Sequence record: PQ433349.1
DNA: 64,000 bases
Strand: one strand, 5' to 3'
Source of the DNA: Escherichia phage vB_Ec-G1
The position numbers and the translations under genes were made by a program. Of this stretch, positions 37,839-48,032 are shown piece by piece. How positions within the stretch are numbered: position 1 is the stretch's first letter; the number at the start of each line of letters is the position of its first letter. Under the pieces are notes generated by a model. The model did no database searches. It was not told where the DNA came from and worked only from the letters and a program-made list of their open reading frames with translations.

Positions 37839-38384
37839 ATGATATTTACAAACTTTAAAAAATATATTCCTGAAGACCCTGAAATAAAAGAATTGGTAGA
37901 AGCAGAGAACATTCTTTTTCTTCGTTGCGATCAAGGTTACGATTGGTATGATTTACGTAGCACAGAATTCAATAACGATAAAATGAAAGTCGTTTTTGAC
38001 GATCAAAATCGTATTGTGTTTTGGAACACTGATCCTACATTACTTTGCCCTGAAGATCTTTCTATAGCACAAGTGGACTTTAATATAGACACTTTTGAGG
38101 ATATTAGAAACAAGGTTCTGGATTTAGAAACTTTGACTCTTAAGGATAAAGAGTATTCCCGTGAAGAGTTGATGACACAAGCTAGTGCAAAAATTCGCTC
38201 TTTACAAGAAACAGCGGTAGCACTTATAACACCTTTACAGTATGCTAAAGATTTAGAAATGGCTACTGAAGACGAATTAGCTTATCTTAAAAATCTTCAA
38301 GTTTATGTAGTTAAACTAAATCGTGTTCCGCTTCAAAAAGACTATCCTTACGCTATAGATTGGCCTACATTACCGACAGAATAA
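37839..38384 (+). CDS. tail fibre assembly protein (putative)
   Basis: 181 aa immediately downstream of fibre gene. Confidence 0.5.
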   Translation: MIFTNFKKYIPEDPEIKELVEAENILFLRCDQGYDWYDLRSTEFNNDKMKVVFDDQNRIVFWNTDPTLLCPEDLSIAQVDFNIDTFEDIRNKVLDLETLTLKDKEYSREELMTQASAKIRSLQETAVALITPLQYAKDLEMATEDELAYLKNLQVYVVKLNRVPLQKDYPYAIDWPTLPTE

Positions 38385-38393
38385 GGGATCACT

Positions 38394-38729
38394 ATGGAAT
38401 TTCAAGAAGCATGGGGACTTGCAAAGGATGCAATAATCCCTTTAATCGGAGTCATCTGGTTCTTTTTCAAACAAAAAATGGATAAATTCGGCTCTGATCT
38501 TGAGGAAATGGAGGAGAAAAGTCGAGAGCTAGAGAAGAAGTTGGTCTTTGTTGAATCAACTTATGCAACTAAAGCCGAACTTACCCAGATGCTAAATCAA
38601 ATTAACTCTACATTAATGGCAAATAATAACACCCTTGAGCAAAAAATTGAAAAGATTATGGACCTCAAGAATGCGACTATCCAAATGATGCTAGATGACA
38701 TAGTTAAACGTACACAGAATAAGGGGTAA
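38394..38729 (+). CDS. membrane-anchored coiled-coil protein, unknown function
   Basis: 111 aa; N-terminal TM AIIPLIGVIWFFF then charged helical region. Confidence 0.45.
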   Translation: MEFQEAWGLAKDAIIPLIGVIWFFFKQKMDKFGSDLEEMEEKSRELEKKLVFVESTYATKAELTQMLNQINSTLMANNNTLEQKIEKIMDLKNATIQMMLDDIVKRTQNKG

Positions 38730-38732
38730 TTA

Positions 38733-41700
38733 ATGGCAACATTCCCAACATATCCAGCAACGTCTCTCGAACAGGGCGTAGACCTGGTTATTTTCTCATC
38801 TAACCAACTCCATGATGTTATTAATGGAAGTGCTACAGAGAGTATTGAAACAGAATCAGGGTTGATACCAACCCTGAGAAAAGCCCTTGTTGACAACTTT
38901 TTCTTTAAAAGCCCATTGGATTGGGCGCAAGGCACAAACGAAACAGTTTTTAACCAACTTCGTTATTTCCAGAATGGAGTATTGAGCGGTTATTACTATG
39001 CCCCTAACGCTACATTGGTTAACCCAATCCCTATGCAAGGGACTCCAGTAGGAGATAACAACTGGGTATTGTGGGGACTGAAAACAGAACAATTAGCAAC
39101 AGAAGTCACCCCGTGGGTATACTCTGGTGCAACGGGTTATGAAACAGTAATTAGTCCTCCTTACATCTTTGATAGTGCTATTGTTACGATCAATGGTGTT
39201 ATTCAGGTTCTGGGGGAAGCTTTCCGTATAGAAGATAGTAAGATCATCCTATCTGAACCTTTGGGACACGATCCTGCAACAGGACTGCCAAACAAGCTTT
39301 TTGCTTACATTGGTAAAATCGTAGCTTCCGCAGATACAGATCCTAACCTAGAGAACCGTCTTGTCAGTTTAGAAACAAAAACGGAAGAACTAACAGAAAG
39401 CATGGATAAAGTCCCTCTGCAAACTATTGCTCGTAAATATGGTTTGTTAGATGATGAGGTGGCTTACGCAACAGCAGGTCAATCGTTAACAGGGATTAAA
39501 GCTCTGTATGATCCAGTAGCACAGTCTTCCTACACATTACCTCCTAACATCACAGGAACTTTAACATCCTTGTCTGTTTCTGGAGTAATGACTTATTCTG
39601 GGGGGTCTGTAGATCTTTCTGCACTAGCTGTTGAACGTGGACAGTTTGTTCATTTGCCTACAAGCTTTGGTAATAACGTAACTCTGACAGCTAAAAATCA
39701 GACGATTGGACGTGGTGCTGGTCGTTATCGTTGGGCTGGAAGTTTACCAAAAAGTATTTTGGCCTCCGATACATTGGAGACAAGTGGTGGATTAGGTCCA
39801 AATGCATGGGTTCTGACCAATACAGAAGGACTGTTAACCCCTCGTGGTGGAACATACAACGATTTATTCGATGTTGTCTACTTGTCAGAATTTGCTAACA
39901 ACACAACAACATATACCACACCAGAAGCAGCTTTCCAAGCGGCACTGTTAGCAGCAAAAGCTTCGAAAAGCAAGATTCTCGATGCTTACGGTTGCGATAT
40001 GACTTTCACGACAAGCTCTTTTGATATTCAAGGTATCACTTTGCGTGGGGGTGTGTTCCGTGGTCAACGCGACTATCGTGTGCAAAATGCTACAGTAGAA
40101 GGCACAACTTTCCGTAACTCTCGTGTTATGTATTGGGGTGGTGCTGTGCGCATGTTCGATTGTTTGTGGGACGGTGCTCCTCGCGCAGGTCAAGTTGGTA
40201 GCTTGGTATTCCAAGGCAACCCAATATCAGGTACTTTTGAAATTGATAATTGTACTTTTAAAAACGGGTTGTATGGCATCCTTCAACAAGGAACAGGGGA
40301 ACCAGTAACACGTGGTGTCTTCCGTAACCTTACCTTCATGGACATGCAAGGTGATGCAATAGAACTGAACGTCATCAATAAACATTATGACGATGGTTGT
40401 GTGATTGAGAATATTTACCTGTCTAATATCGATGGGACTAACGCTCCTATTCCTCTGTCCAACTGGGGTATCGGTATCGGTGTAGCTGGTAAAGGACCAT
40501 ATGGTTACGGAATCCCTGATGATCAATATTGCAAGAATATTACAATTCGTAACGTTTTTGCAAAACGTTGTCGTCAGATTGTCCACGTAGAAGTTGGTCG
40601 TAATATCTCTATCGAAAACATTCATGGCGATCCAGACCAGACCGTATCTGTTGGGACAGGTTTGGCAACTGGCGCAGTTGTAATGTACGGAAGTAAAGAT
40701 TTTACGATTGACGGTGTTTACGGAGAGCCTAAAACAGACGGTAGCACACTTGCAAGTAATATCCGTATGATTTATTTGGAGTGGGGAACTAACGCAGTTC
40801 TGGACGGAGAGGGTAATCCGGTAGTTCCGGCACAGGGTAGACCTTCAAACCCATGCTTTAACTATTCTGTTCGTAATATTCATACCAAAACTGGACGTGT
40901 TTTTGCGGGAGTTTCCGCTGGGCCAGGTTATGAAAACAGAGTTAGCTTTGAAAATATTCGTTGCGCTGCATTGCAGTTGTTCGGTATAGCTTCTTGGCTT
41001 TCAATGTCTAACATCACCTGTAATATCTTCGATTGTGTTGGTCAACCTGAATCTGGTCCAGGGACATTTTATGATGGATTCTTCCGTAGAGAAAAATCTG
41101 TTCTTGAAATGGTTAACGTAAACTGTTACCCAGATGGCAAGACGATGGTTACTGGTCGTCCACAGTGGAGCCGTTGCCGTTACTCGGATATTCATCGTGT
41201 CAACTGTAATGTTGAAGCTAATATGTATACCAATATCGCAGGTGGTATTGGAGCTATTGTAGGGACAACGGGCAAAGTTTATTACTTAGAGCCTAATCCT
41301 AGTCGAAACATTGATGGAATGCATTTCCCAACAGGGAAAGAGTTTGACAAAGGGGATATGATAGTCAAGGCGGATAATACGTTCTTCCTTGTAACAACAA
41401 GTGGGGCATATATTCCAGATATCCCAGCTTTCGGTATTCGAGCTACACAGGCAGGAGATACCTTCCTGACACAGAACTTGACTCCTAACGGGACAGCAAC
41501 AAATGCTTCTTGGTTGTATCATTACCCTCTGTCAGCAGGGACACGTATCCGTATTCCTGGTGCTGGCGTAGGTGGAGCAGATTTGGACACAGTTATTACT
41601 CGTGCACCTTATCAAGATAATGATACGTGGACTAACCCAGTTAAAATAGACATTGCAGATCCAATTGTAACGCCTACAAGTGCTGGAGTTAGAATTAAAA

Positions 41701-41786
41701 CCATACCTAATGATTCCAGTAATGTTTCTGTAGGTAATACTGCGGTTATTCGCCCAACGCCAGTAGTAGATGTGCCAACAACCTAA
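38733..41786 (+). CDS. large tailspike/fibre with parallel beta-helix repeats (second putative depolymerase)
   Basis: 1017 aa; repeated beta-helix-like rungs (NCTFKNGLYGIL..., NLTFMDMQGDAIELNV..., IENIYLSNIDG..., NITIRNVFAKRCRQIVHVEVG...). Confidence 0.6.
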   Translation: MATFPTYPATSLEQGVDLVIFSSNQLHDVINGSATESIETESGLIPTLRKALVDNFFFKSPLDWAQGTNETVFNQLRYFQNGVLSGYYYAPNATLVNPIPMQGTPVGDNNWVLWGLKTEQLATEVTPWVYSGATGYETVISPPYIFDSAIVTINGVIQVLGEAFRIEDSKIILSEPLGHDPATGLPNKLFAYIGKIVASADTDPNLENRLVSLETKTEELTESMDKVPLQTIARKYGLLDDEVAYATAGQSLTGIKALYDPVAQSSYTLPPNITGTLTSLSVSGVMTYSGGSVDLSALAVERGQFVHLPTSFGNNVTLTAKNQTIGRGAGRYRWAGSLPKSILASDTLETSGGLGPNAWVLTNTEGLLTPRGGTYNDLFDVVYLSEFANNTTTYTTPEAAFQAALLAAKASKSKILDAYGCDMTFTTSSFDIQGITLRGGVFRGQRDYRVQNATVEGTTFRNSRVMYWGGAVRMFDCLWDGAPRAGQVGSLVFQGNPISGTFEIDNCTFKNGLYGILQQGTGEPVTRGVFRNLTFMDMQGDAIELNVINKHYDDGCVIENIYLSNIDGTNAPIPLSNWGIGIGVAGKGPYGYGIPDDQYCKNITIRNVFAKRCRQIVHVEVGRNISIENIHGDPDQTVSVGTGLATGAVVMYGSKDFTIDGVYGEPKTDGSTLASNIRMIYLEWGTNAVLDGEGNPVVPAQGRPSNPCFNYSVRNIHTKTGRVFAGVSAGPGYENRVSFENIRCAALQLFGIASWLSMSNITCNIFDCVGQPESGPGTFYDGFFRREKSVLEMVNVNCYPDGKTMVTGRPQWSRCRYSDIHRVNCNVEANMYTNIAGGIGAIVGTTGKVYYLEPNPSRNIDGMHFPTGKEFDKGDMIVKADNTFFLVTTSGAYIPDIPAFGIRATQAGDTFLTQNLTPNGTATNASWLYHYPLSAGTRIRIPGAGVGGADLDTVITRAPYQDNDTWTNPVKIDIADPIVTPTSAGVRIKTIPNDSSNVSVGNTAVIRPTPVVDVPTT

Positions 41787-41792
41787 TGGAAT

Positions 41793-41812
41793 AGAGGGGG
41801 AATTCCCCCTCT
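41793..41812 (+). terminator. perfect palindromic hairpin between tailspike and collagen-like fibre genes
   Basis: AGAGGGGG-AATT-CCCCCTCT. Confidence 0.4.
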
Positions 41813-41848
41813 TCTTCCAATAGAATGGTCTAATGATAGGAGAGATAA

Positions 41849-43873
41849 ATGAATTTAACAAGACCTAATAGTGCGATAGCCGATCTGGTAGAAGCTACTT
41901 ATCGAAAACGTCGCAGCTTTGAGGCAGGTTTTACATTACGTAATTCCCGTGAAGTTTTGCTGTTAGCAGCAGAAGGGAATTATTACCAATGGAAAGGAAC
42001 TTTTCCTAAAGTAGTTCCAGCAAACTCTACGCCAGCCACCACAGGTGGTATTTCTTCCCTTGCATGGCAAAGTGTTGGGACCGCTGATGATATAGCAATT
42101 ATCAATGCCAAGTTTACGGCAATGCAGCAACAGATTGATGATCTGTCGGAAACAATACCTGAAGCTGGTAAATCGGCTTATCAGATCGCACTTGATAATG
42201 GTTTTGTTGGAACAGAAGCACAATGGCTTGCTTCTTTGAAAGGGGATACTGGTGCTCAACTTAATATTAAAGGATCATTAGCAAGCACTAGTGAACTACC
42301 ATCCACAGGTAACGTTGCAGGGGATGGTTATATCGTAGGTGATGTAATCTACGCTTGGGATGGTTCTGTTTGGAAACTTATTTCTTCTCTTGGGCCAGAA
42401 GGTAAATCAGCTTACGAGGTATGGTTGGCAGATGGTAATACAGGATCTGTTTATGATTTTCTTACCTCTATAAAAGGTGATAAAGGCGATGTTGGTCCTA
42501 CAGGGCCACAGGGAGCACCTGGTGTTAACGCCAACGGTTTTGATTATCGTGGGGATTTGCCTTCTACAAGTAACTTACCACAACCTAACTCTGAAAACGT
42601 AAGCCAAGCTTATTCTATCAATGGTAATCTTTATGTCTCTAATGGGACAGCTTGGGTCAACATGGGTAATATTGTTGGTCCTCAAGGTCCACAAGGTGAG
42701 GCAGGTAAAGACGGTCTAGATGGAACAGATGGGGATGAAGGGAAATCTGCATATCAAAGTTGGCTGGATGCTGGTAATGAAGGGACAGAAGTAGATTTTA
42801 TTGCCTCACTTAAAGGTCCAAAAGGAGACAAGGGTGATCAAGGAGAGCGAGGTCCACAAGGTGAACTAGGTCCACAAGGACCAGTGGGTGCAACAGGATC
42901 AGGCTTAGAGATTATCGGGGTTCTGAACAGTGAAGCTGAACTTCCTCCTACTGGAGAAGTAGGTGATGCATATAAAATTAATAATGATTTGTATGTTTGG
43001 GTTCAAGATGCTACGGAATGGATGAATGTTGGCAGTCTTGGAGGAACATCAATTACAGCTAAAGGTCATGTTCCGAACAGTGAAGCTCTCCCTGTTTATA
43101 ATAACTATGGTGATGCCTACTTAACTGAAGATACTAGTAATCTTTACATCTATACCTACGATCAAGACACCAATTCCGCATCTTTTGTTGACATGGGAAG
43201 TATTAAAGGCGACAAAGGTGAAAAAGGGGATAAAGGAGATAAGGGTGATCCTGGAACAAACGGAACCAACGGTACTAATGGGACCAACGGTAAGGACGGC
43301 GCACAGTGGTTTGTAGCAACAACTAATCCAGTCGCAGGTGATGGTGTTATCAATGATTACGCTTTCAATACTACCACTGGGGCAGTGTTTAAGAAAACAG
43401 ATTCTTCTACGTGGACACTTATAGGAACTCTTCCTAGTATACCAGAAGCCCCTCAAGATGGCTTGACGTATGGTCGTTCTGATGGAAACTGGATCGAAAT
43501 ATCAGGATCAGATCCTACGGAAGCTATAACACCAACTAGAGTTACAGCAGGTTTCATGGAACTTGAAACAACTACTGCCAACTCTGGAGCATCTTGGACT
43601 CCTTCTGGAACTTCCAATATGTATGTTGTTACAGTAACTGATGCTCTGACAGTTGGAGCATGGCCTGGTGTCACTGGCTCTACAAAACCTAAAGCGTTTT
43701 CAGCAATGATTTATTTGATTCAAGATACAACGGGACACACGGTTACACTAGATGCGTCTTATGGAGCACTAAATGATACAGAAATAGCAACTGCTGCTAA
43801 CGCAGTAACAATTTTGCAATTAACGTATCCTGGTGTGGGTGATATCGTGGACATGGTTGTTGTAACACGATAA
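41849..43873 (+). CDS. collagen-like tail fibre protein
   Basis: 674 aa; Gly-X-Y runs (GPQGPQGEAGKDGLDGTDGDEGK; GDKGEKGDKGDKGDPGTNGTNGTNGTNGKDG) and three ~30-aa repeats GKSAYxxWLxxGxxG...SLKG. Confidence 0.7.
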   Translation: MNLTRPNSAIADLVEATYRKRRSFEAGFTLRNSREVLLLAAEGNYYQWKGTFPKVVPANSTPATTGGISSLAWQSVGTADDIAIINAKFTAMQQQIDDLSETIPEAGKSAYQIALDNGFVGTEAQWLASLKGDTGAQLNIKGSLASTSELPSTGNVAGDGYIVGDVIYAWDGSVWKLISSLGPEGKSAYEVWLADGNTGSVYDFLTSIKGDKGDVGPTGPQGAPGVNANGFDYRGDLPSTSNLPQPNSENVSQAYSINGNLYVSNGTAWVNMGNIVGPQGPQGEAGKDGLDGTDGDEGKSAYQSWLDAGNEGTEVDFIASLKGPKGDKGDQGERGPQGELGPQGPVGATGSGLEIIGVLNSEAELPPTGEVGDAYKINNDLYVWVQDATEWMNVGSLGGTSITAKGHVPNSEALPVYNNYGDAYLTEDTSNLYIYTYDQDTNSASFVDMGSIKGDKGEKGDKGDKGDPGTNGTNGTNGTNGKDGAQWFVATTNPVAGDGVINDYAFNTTTGAVFKKTDSSTWTLIGTLPSIPEAPQDGLTYGRSDGNWIEISGSDPTEAITPTRVTAGFMELETTTANSGASWTPSGTSNMYVVTVTDALTVGAWPGVTGSTKPKAFSAMIYLIQDTTGHTVTLDASYGALNDTEIATAANAVTILQLTYPGVGDIVDMVVVTR

Positions 43874-43875
43874 CA

Positions 43876-43900
43876 GAAGCCCCGAAAGGGGCTTTCTTTT
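43876..43900 (+). terminator. rho-independent terminator
   Basis: GAAGCCCC-GAAA-GGGGCTTTC then TTTTT. Confidence 0.7.
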
Positions 43901-43914
43901 TATGGAGGGTTTAA

Positions 43915-46587
43915 ATGTTTCCAATTCCAATATTTACTATTATGACCAGCACTGGTGTCGTTCCTCTGCCAGCAGGTATTGTTAAAAAAGTAATTACTTT
44001 AGATTACCCAGATAACGCTGGTAATTCTAACAGCAGTTTAGCAATTTTGCTTAATGATGGTAGATTGTTTACTCAAGGTGCAAACCTCTTTGGTGAGATT
44101 GCAGATGGAACTCGTAGTGCACGATTCAATAATTTCCACTTAGCTTCTACTGTAGTAGCAGATGTGTTTACCGCAGATCGTTGTTTTGTTATTAAAACTA
44201 ACAGTGGGGGATGGCAATATTCAGGATTGACAGCAGGGTTGGTAGGATCTATAGCAGCAGGTGGTACGGATGCATGTGTAACTACTTGGACCAGCTTTCC
44301 ATCTGTGATAACAGGGACTATTTCTTTAGCCAATCTTAAAGAGGTTAAAGGAGGGTATAACAATACTCTCTGGTTAATGAATAGCGGCGTTCTTTATGGA
44401 TCGGGTCAAAACACAGTAGGCAGTTTAGGTGCAAGTACTACTAACGAAGTTTCTACTCCTCGTCAGATAACAAGCGCAGCAGTTGCTTTTGATGCAGGTT
44501 ACAACCAATGCTCTTATGTCAACAATGTGGGAACCTTGCGTGTTTGTGGAGCTAGTAAAGGTTTAGCAGGTAATAATAACACAACAACAGCTTTTGTCAA
44601 TGCCAAGATATCCGCTACTGAAACAGTGTATGTCAAAGATTACATCAATACAGTTTCCCAGACAATAGTTGTAGGAGATACCTCCGGTGGCACGGGTACA
44701 GTAAACTACTTATATGTTAGATCTAATACAGAAACAACCTACACTAAACTGGATACCTTTGCAGCAGGTTTCTCAACATGGAAGTTTCCACCAAGCCGCC
44801 ACTCTTTTTTCGTTGGGATCAATAATTCCTTGTGGGCTATTGGTAAGAACTACACTGCAAACTTAGGTTTGGGGTATGATTCTGCGAGCGGAGATCCACT
44901 CCAAGTGGGAAAACCAGTTAAACCTGAAGGAGTGGGTTCCTGGGATATAAACAAGCTCACAAGCGTTCATACGCTGAATATGGATGTTACTAACCAATTA
45001 GGTTATCAAGGAACCTTTTTCGTTTATAATGGAGATATGTATTATTCCGGTATTTGGAAAGATGGGAAAGCCTCGTATCTGTTCAATAGTGGTCTAAACT
45101 ATAATAAATTCACACCAATAGCAAGCTCCGTGATTACGGGTGATATTCTGGCAACTGGTTTAACTACAGATTCTTTAGGAATTTGTATTGTAGGTGGAAC
45201 TAAACAGTTGACACATTCTGTTAGCCCAGAAGGAGGTAAACTTTTCAATATTAAATACACTTCTTCTGCCCCTCCAAACATGACAATATCATCTACTGGT
45301 TTAATGACTTTCCATGCAGAAGGTGGTTTTGATGCAGGTATGACAGCCTTAAACGCTGAAGGAACAACTTTATCAGATACCTCTGGAGGATATGCTTCAA
45401 CATTGAGCGTTTACACCCCTAGCTTATCTGCGATGGATGTAGGAACAACACAAACAATGGTAGCAGAAATAACACCAACAGGAGCAGCAAGCTTACCTGA
45501 TATGGTTGTTGAGTATACAACTACAGATCCTAATGTTGCTACAGTAGATCCTACAACTGGTGTAATAACTGGTGTTGGTGATGGTGGTTGTAGGATTGGT
45601 TGCACAGCTACGTATCAAGGTGTTGTTACCGCTTCTGATAGTTCTTATTTAACGGTGAATGCTGTTGCGGGAAAGGAGTTAGCTCCATCTCCGAGTAGTA
45701 GTTTAACGGTTCTAAACGGATATTTCAACCACTCGGCAGATGGGGCAATTACGTTCCCAACTTTATCGGGTACTGTTACACCAGCTAACTTTGTAGTTAA
45801 GGTGGATGACGTTGTAGTTCCTTCAAGTAAAGTAATATTTAGAAACAAAGCTTTCTCTACAGTGGATAGTTATCCAGCAGGAGAATATAGACTGACTATT
45901 GAATTTGCAAGTGCTTCAGTAGTTAATAGTGTGGAAGTGTCTATGGAAGCAAACCCAAGTCTTTTAGAACTTTGGGGCGGTAATAGAATCAGTTATTCTA
46001 CAAGCCCAGCCTCACAATTCTTAAAAGGTTGTGCTAACTTAAGACGAATAACTTCTGATTGTTTTAGTAACACATCTTACACCGGAACATCTATAAGCGG
46101 TATCTTCTCTGGCTGCACAAGTTTGACAGCTATCCCTGAAGGATTATTCAGTGATGCTTTATTTCCTTCAATGACAACAATGTCAAGCACGTTTGAAGGT
46201 TGTACATCTTTAACATCTATTCCTTCAGATTTATTTAAGAATCTGTCAAAAGTTACAAGATATTCTTACACCTTTAAAGATTGCACCTCTCTTGCAGAAG
46301 TTCCAGCAGGAATGTTTGATAATATTCCAACGAAAGTGACCTCTTTAACAGCTACATTCCAAGGTTGTTTAGGACTTACAGATTTTAATAAGATCTTTAA
46401 TGACAACCCAGGGTTAACTGTTTGTGGTAAACGTGGAGCATTATCTTCTTTCTTTAGTGGATGCACAAATCTTACAGGAACAGGAACAACATTAACAAAT
46501 ACATTAGGCGGAGTAGCTAATAGTTACCTATTCAGGTATTGCACAAAACTTTCTGATTATAACAACATTCCTTCGGGTTATAAATAA
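43915..46587 (+). CDS. tail fibre / receptor-binding protein with Ig-like (Big_2-like) region and C-terminal BspA-type leucine-rich-repeat-like units
   Basis: 890 aa; C-terminal repeats FSGCTSLTAIP, FEGCTSLTSIP, FKDCTSLAEVP, FQGCLGLTDF, FSGCTNLTG; upstream DPNVATVDPTTGVITGVGDG Ig-like signature. Confidence 0.6.
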   Translation: MFPIPIFTIMTSTGVVPLPAGIVKKVITLDYPDNAGNSNSSLAILLNDGRLFTQGANLFGEIADGTRSARFNNFHLASTVVADVFTADRCFVIKTNSGGWQYSGLTAGLVGSIAAGGTDACVTTWTSFPSVITGTISLANLKEVKGGYNNTLWLMNSGVLYGSGQNTVGSLGASTTNEVSTPRQITSAAVAFDAGYNQCSYVNNVGTLRVCGASKGLAGNNNTTTAFVNAKISATETVYVKDYINTVSQTIVVGDTSGGTGTVNYLYVRSNTETTYTKLDTFAAGFSTWKFPPSRHSFFVGINNSLWAIGKNYTANLGLGYDSASGDPLQVGKPVKPEGVGSWDINKLTSVHTLNMDVTNQLGYQGTFFVYNGDMYYSGIWKDGKASYLFNSGLNYNKFTPIASSVITGDILATGLTTDSLGICIVGGTKQLTHSVSPEGGKLFNIKYTSSAPPNMTISSTGLMTFHAEGGFDAGMTALNAEGTTLSDTSGGYASTLSVYTPSLSAMDVGTTQTMVAEITPTGAASLPDMVVEYTTTDPNVATVDPTTGVITGVGDGGCRIGCTATYQGVVTASDSSYLTVNAVAGKELAPSPSSSLTVLNGYFNHSADGAITFPTLSGTVTPANFVVKVDDVVVPSSKVIFRNKAFSTVDSYPAGEYRLTIEFASASVVNSVEVSMEANPSLLELWGGNRISYSTSPASQFLKGCANLRRITSDCFSNTSYTGTSISGIFSGCTSLTAIPEGLFSDALFPSMTTMSSTFEGCTSLTSIPSDLFKNLSKVTRYSYTFKDCTSLAEVPAGMFDNIPTKVTSLTATFQGCLGLTDFNKIFNDNPGLTVCGKRGALSSFFSGCTNLTGTGTTLTNTLGGVANSYLFRYCTKLSDYNNIPSGYK

Positions 46588-46589
46588 GA

Positions 46590-46619
46590 AAAGGAGCCAT
46601 TTGGCTCCTTTCTTTTATT
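46590..46619. terminator. bidirectional terminator between convergent late and replication blocks
   Basis: AAAGGAGCC-ATTT-GGCTCCTTT flanked by A-run on one side and T-run on the other. Confidence 0.7.
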
Positions 46620-46651
46620 CAGCGTTCAACCTCATACACTTGAAACAAACC

Positions 46652-47578
46652 TTAGAAGCAATGCAGGAAGTTTCTACCATATTGCAGTCCAATAGGGGCA
46701 AATGGAATATCATCATCGAAGTCCATTGGAGGTTCTTCTTGATTACTTGGTTCTGGTTGTGGTTCAGGTTTCTTCTCTTCTTTCTTCTCTTCTTTCTTAG
46801 GTTGTTCTGCGGAACCACGAATGGCAGCAGCAACTTTATCAGACAGAGCCAGAACTTTACGAGCAGAATCAATCAGATCTTCTACAGATACAGTCTTAAT
46901 GGTATGGTCTTTACAAGCATTGAGAATAGCGTGACCAACAGATGCCCCAAGATCATAATCATTAATATCAACGCCACGAGATTCAGCAATTTCAGATTTC
47001 AGCGTGACAGTTGCAGATTGAACAACCCCAGCGATATCGAAAGCATCGCCTTTAACACCATTACGAATCAGTTCCAGTGCACCATTTACTGCGTGACCAG
47101 TTTCCAGACCTACAGTATCACGTTTTTTATAGGACTGTTTAGGAGCAGCATCGTTGGAACCTTTATTGCCAGAAGATTTGTTAGACTTCTGAACACCATC
47201 GGTAGACAATACTGTAATACGAGATTTTTTAGTATTGTAGTAAGTTTTACCGCCTTTATTATCAACGCGATCAATATCAATACTTACTTCTACACCTTTT
47301 TCAATAGTGATCCAATTATCACCTTCTTTGACTTGCAGGTTTTCATAACCTTCTTTCAGTTCAATATCACCAAGAGAAATCCAAACACCTTTCTCATCTG
47401 GTTTAGCACCTTTCTCTTTCAGAACAAGAGAAGCTCGGTGAGTTGAAACAATCGTTTTTCCTTCCCAATGAAAAGTTTTAGGTTCAGCGAATTTATCCAG
47501 TTTAACGTAGTCTACGATACCAGTTGCATAAGTTACGGTTTTGCCTTTACGATCAGTTTCAGTATTAATTACGGACAT
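46652..47578 (-). CDS. ssb: single-stranded DNA-binding protein
   Basis: 308 aa; OB-fold-like N-terminus, Gly/Lys-rich linker, acidic C-terminal tail ending DFDDDIPF; RBS GAGGAGA. Confidence 0.8.
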   Translation of the reverse strand: MSVINTETDRKGKTVTYATGIVDYVKLDKFAEPKTFHWEGKTIVSTHRASLVLKEKGAKPDEKGVWISLGDIELKEGYENLQVKEGDNWITIEKGVEVSIDIDRVDNKGGKTYYNTKKSRITVLSTDGVQKSNKSSGNKGSNDAAPKQSYKKRDTVGLETGHAVNGALELIRNGVKGDAFDIAGVVQSATVTLKSEIAESRGVDINDYDLGASVGHAILNACKDHTIKTVSVEDLIDSARKVLALSDKVAAAIRGSAEQPKKEEKKEEKKPEPQPEPSNQEEPPMDFDDDIPFAPIGLQYGRNFLHCF

Positions 47579-47594
47579 TATTATCTCCTCTACA

Positions 47595-47987
47595 TTACAT
47601 TAATTTTGCACAGAAAGAGCGGAGTCTTTCCATATCATCTTGCTCTAACAGGTATTTACCTTTACCTATTCCAACTCCAATTTCACCATTAGGGAAATGA
47701 ACTATTTGCACTGGAAAACCTCCGAGTTTAATTGTGGCAGCTTTGCCTTCTTCGTCTATAACGTTTCGGATTGTATCTTGCAGTGAAATGAATTCTTTGT
47801 TTGTAACAGTGGTTTCAATTATTTCAGATGCTTCAACACGAGCAGTTAGCTTCTTGTTTCCACCTTGAATAACCAAAATCTGAAAATAAAAAGAGTTGTC
47901 AAGACCTACAACATTTTTCTCAACTAGTGTTAAACTGGTATAGTTTCCATAAACAGTTTCAACAGCTATCTTAGAACGTTCAGTCAT
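47595..47987 (-). CDS. hypothetical protein
   Basis: 130 aa. Confidence 0.5.
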   Translation of the reverse strand: MTERSKIAVETVYGNYTSLTLVEKNVVGLDNSFYFQILVIQGGNKKLTARVEASEIIETTVTNKEFISLQDTIRNVIDEEGKAATIKLGGFPVQIVHFPNGEIGVGIGKGKYLLEQDDMERLRSFCAKLM

Positions 47988-48032
47988 TGAATGCTATCCT
48001 ATCATAAAATGTTTAATATTGTCAAGCTTTAA

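Noticed and set aside
37455-37934. 159 aa minus-strand ORF
   Set aside because: Antisense to the tail fibre and assembly genes, no RBS.
40227-40625. 132 aa minus-strand ORF inside the 1017 aa tailspike gene
   Set aside because: Antisense shadow ORF within a repeat-rich gene.
46601-47446. 281 aa plus-strand ORF with Phe/Leu-rich low-complexity translation
   Set aside because: Lies antisense to the SSB gene, has no RBS and starts inside the bidirectional terminator; shadow ORF.
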